This document shows positions 63,301-64,000 of a stretch of DNA of 64,000 bases, piece by piece; the stretch's first letter is position 1; every line of letters begins with the position of its first letter. The DNA comes from Oopsacas minuta. Its lineage: Eukaryota > Animalia > Porifera. The stretch is taken from positions 186,001 to 250,000 of the forward strand of contig JAKMXF010000319.1 of the NCBI GenBank assembly GCA_024704765.1, written 5' to 3'. The notes under the pieces were generated by a model, which was not told the origin of the DNA, searched no databases, and saw only the letters and a list, made by a program, of their open reading frames with translations. Both the position numbers and the translations under genes were made by a program.

Positions 63301-64000
63301 ATACCACAGACATCTAGAATACTCGCACACGTGGCTCGAAAAGAGTTGGGAAAAACTGGAGCTGATTTAGTATCGAGGTACCTACCATAAAACTGTATAC
63401 GTTGCACACAATCTAACCCTACAAACTATTTCCAGACCAAAATGACGTCATCCTGATTGCTACTGCTAATGTATCAGAAAAATGCTCCCAATTTTACAGT
63501 TCTGTAAATAGTTTAATTAATACATTTACAGTCACAACATTTTACCATGGGGTTTAAGGATGTTTTCAAACAAAATATCAATATTTTGTTATAATAATAT
63601 TCGAATGTCCCAGAGATATAACTCTTTTTGAGTCATGCGTTCGTGGAAATGTTTATACAGATCCGGCATATGCCAGTAAAATGCCTGCCTTACCGCTCCG
63701 ACAATTAAGTCCTGGAAGCTATTAGCGAACTCCCACGTGACCAAAATATTATTTAATAATACAGAGACTTAAGTTAATACGAACCCTACGAGAATTATAT
63801 TATTTGCCAGCGACTTGGTTCTTTCATTGTAAGAAAATTTTCAAAAAATACCTGACCCTGACTGTTCTATGACTATTTATTCTAGGTGAACGGGGCTAGC
63901 TTTGAAGGTATCTCCCATTCCCGTGCAGTCCAACATCTCCGGAAAGCTCAACGTCTCCGAATAGTAGTATTGAACTCCCAGAGATTCCCCGTTGCTAAGC
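60378..64000 (+). CDS. WHRN: Whirlin/harmonin-family scaffold (N-terminal HHD + PDZ), 5' part only
   Basis: Exons 60378-60729 (HHD: LSLHLNDIEQQHF..YQKDRSIIEFVDALVPLF..RRTLINPIRKIL), 62930-63111 (LGFSIRGGAEYHLGIFISWVDAGSAAAKSGLVVGDQILQ) and 63886-end (VNGASFEGISHSRAVQHLR). Phases 1 and 0 are consistent. Orthology within the WHRN/PDZD7/USH1C family is not resolved. Confidence 0.8.
62503..62634. mobile_element. TA-flanked MITE in the whirlin-like intron
   Basis: Termini CAGTGGAGTCTCT / AGAGACTCTACTG, with TA flanks. Confidence 0.65.

Noticed and set aside
1-64000. tRNA, rRNA or an autonomous transposase or reverse transcriptase
   Set aside because: None was recognised by eye; a covariance-model scan would be needed to exclude small RNAs.

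Overview
AT-rich animal genomic DNA with GT-AG introns. It is not prokaryotic. The gene style (intronless TRAF-like tandem array, compact genes, many short MITEs) suggests a sponge, possibly a glass sponge, but this is an inference. The left part holds conserved genes: 3-exon mitochondrial processing peptidase beta, a 2-exon scaffold with six PH domains and YDxP repeats, and a 3-exon cramped-like gene. The middle part (17.7-35 kb) is a fast-turnover block: an apolipoprotein-L-like gene, a decayed unknown gene, a POT/SLC15 transporter, 2 intact plus 1 broken TRAF-like tandem copies, and 1 intact plus 1 broken MFS sugar transporter. A 3-exon SBK-like kinase follows. The most unusual part is 40.8-58.7 kb, a set of intronless redox genes: a sarcosine-oxidase-like flavoenzyme, a DNase I-like gene with altered metal ligands, and two flavin amine/L-amino-acid oxidase paralogs on ~2.6 kb inverted arms that enclose an FMP-type heme-peroxidase-like gene of a mainly bacterial family. 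A whirlin-like HHD+PDZ gene starts at 60.4 kb and runs off the window. I found no rRNA, tRNA, CRISPR array or autonomous transposase. All family assignments come from motif recognition by eye; no database search was run.
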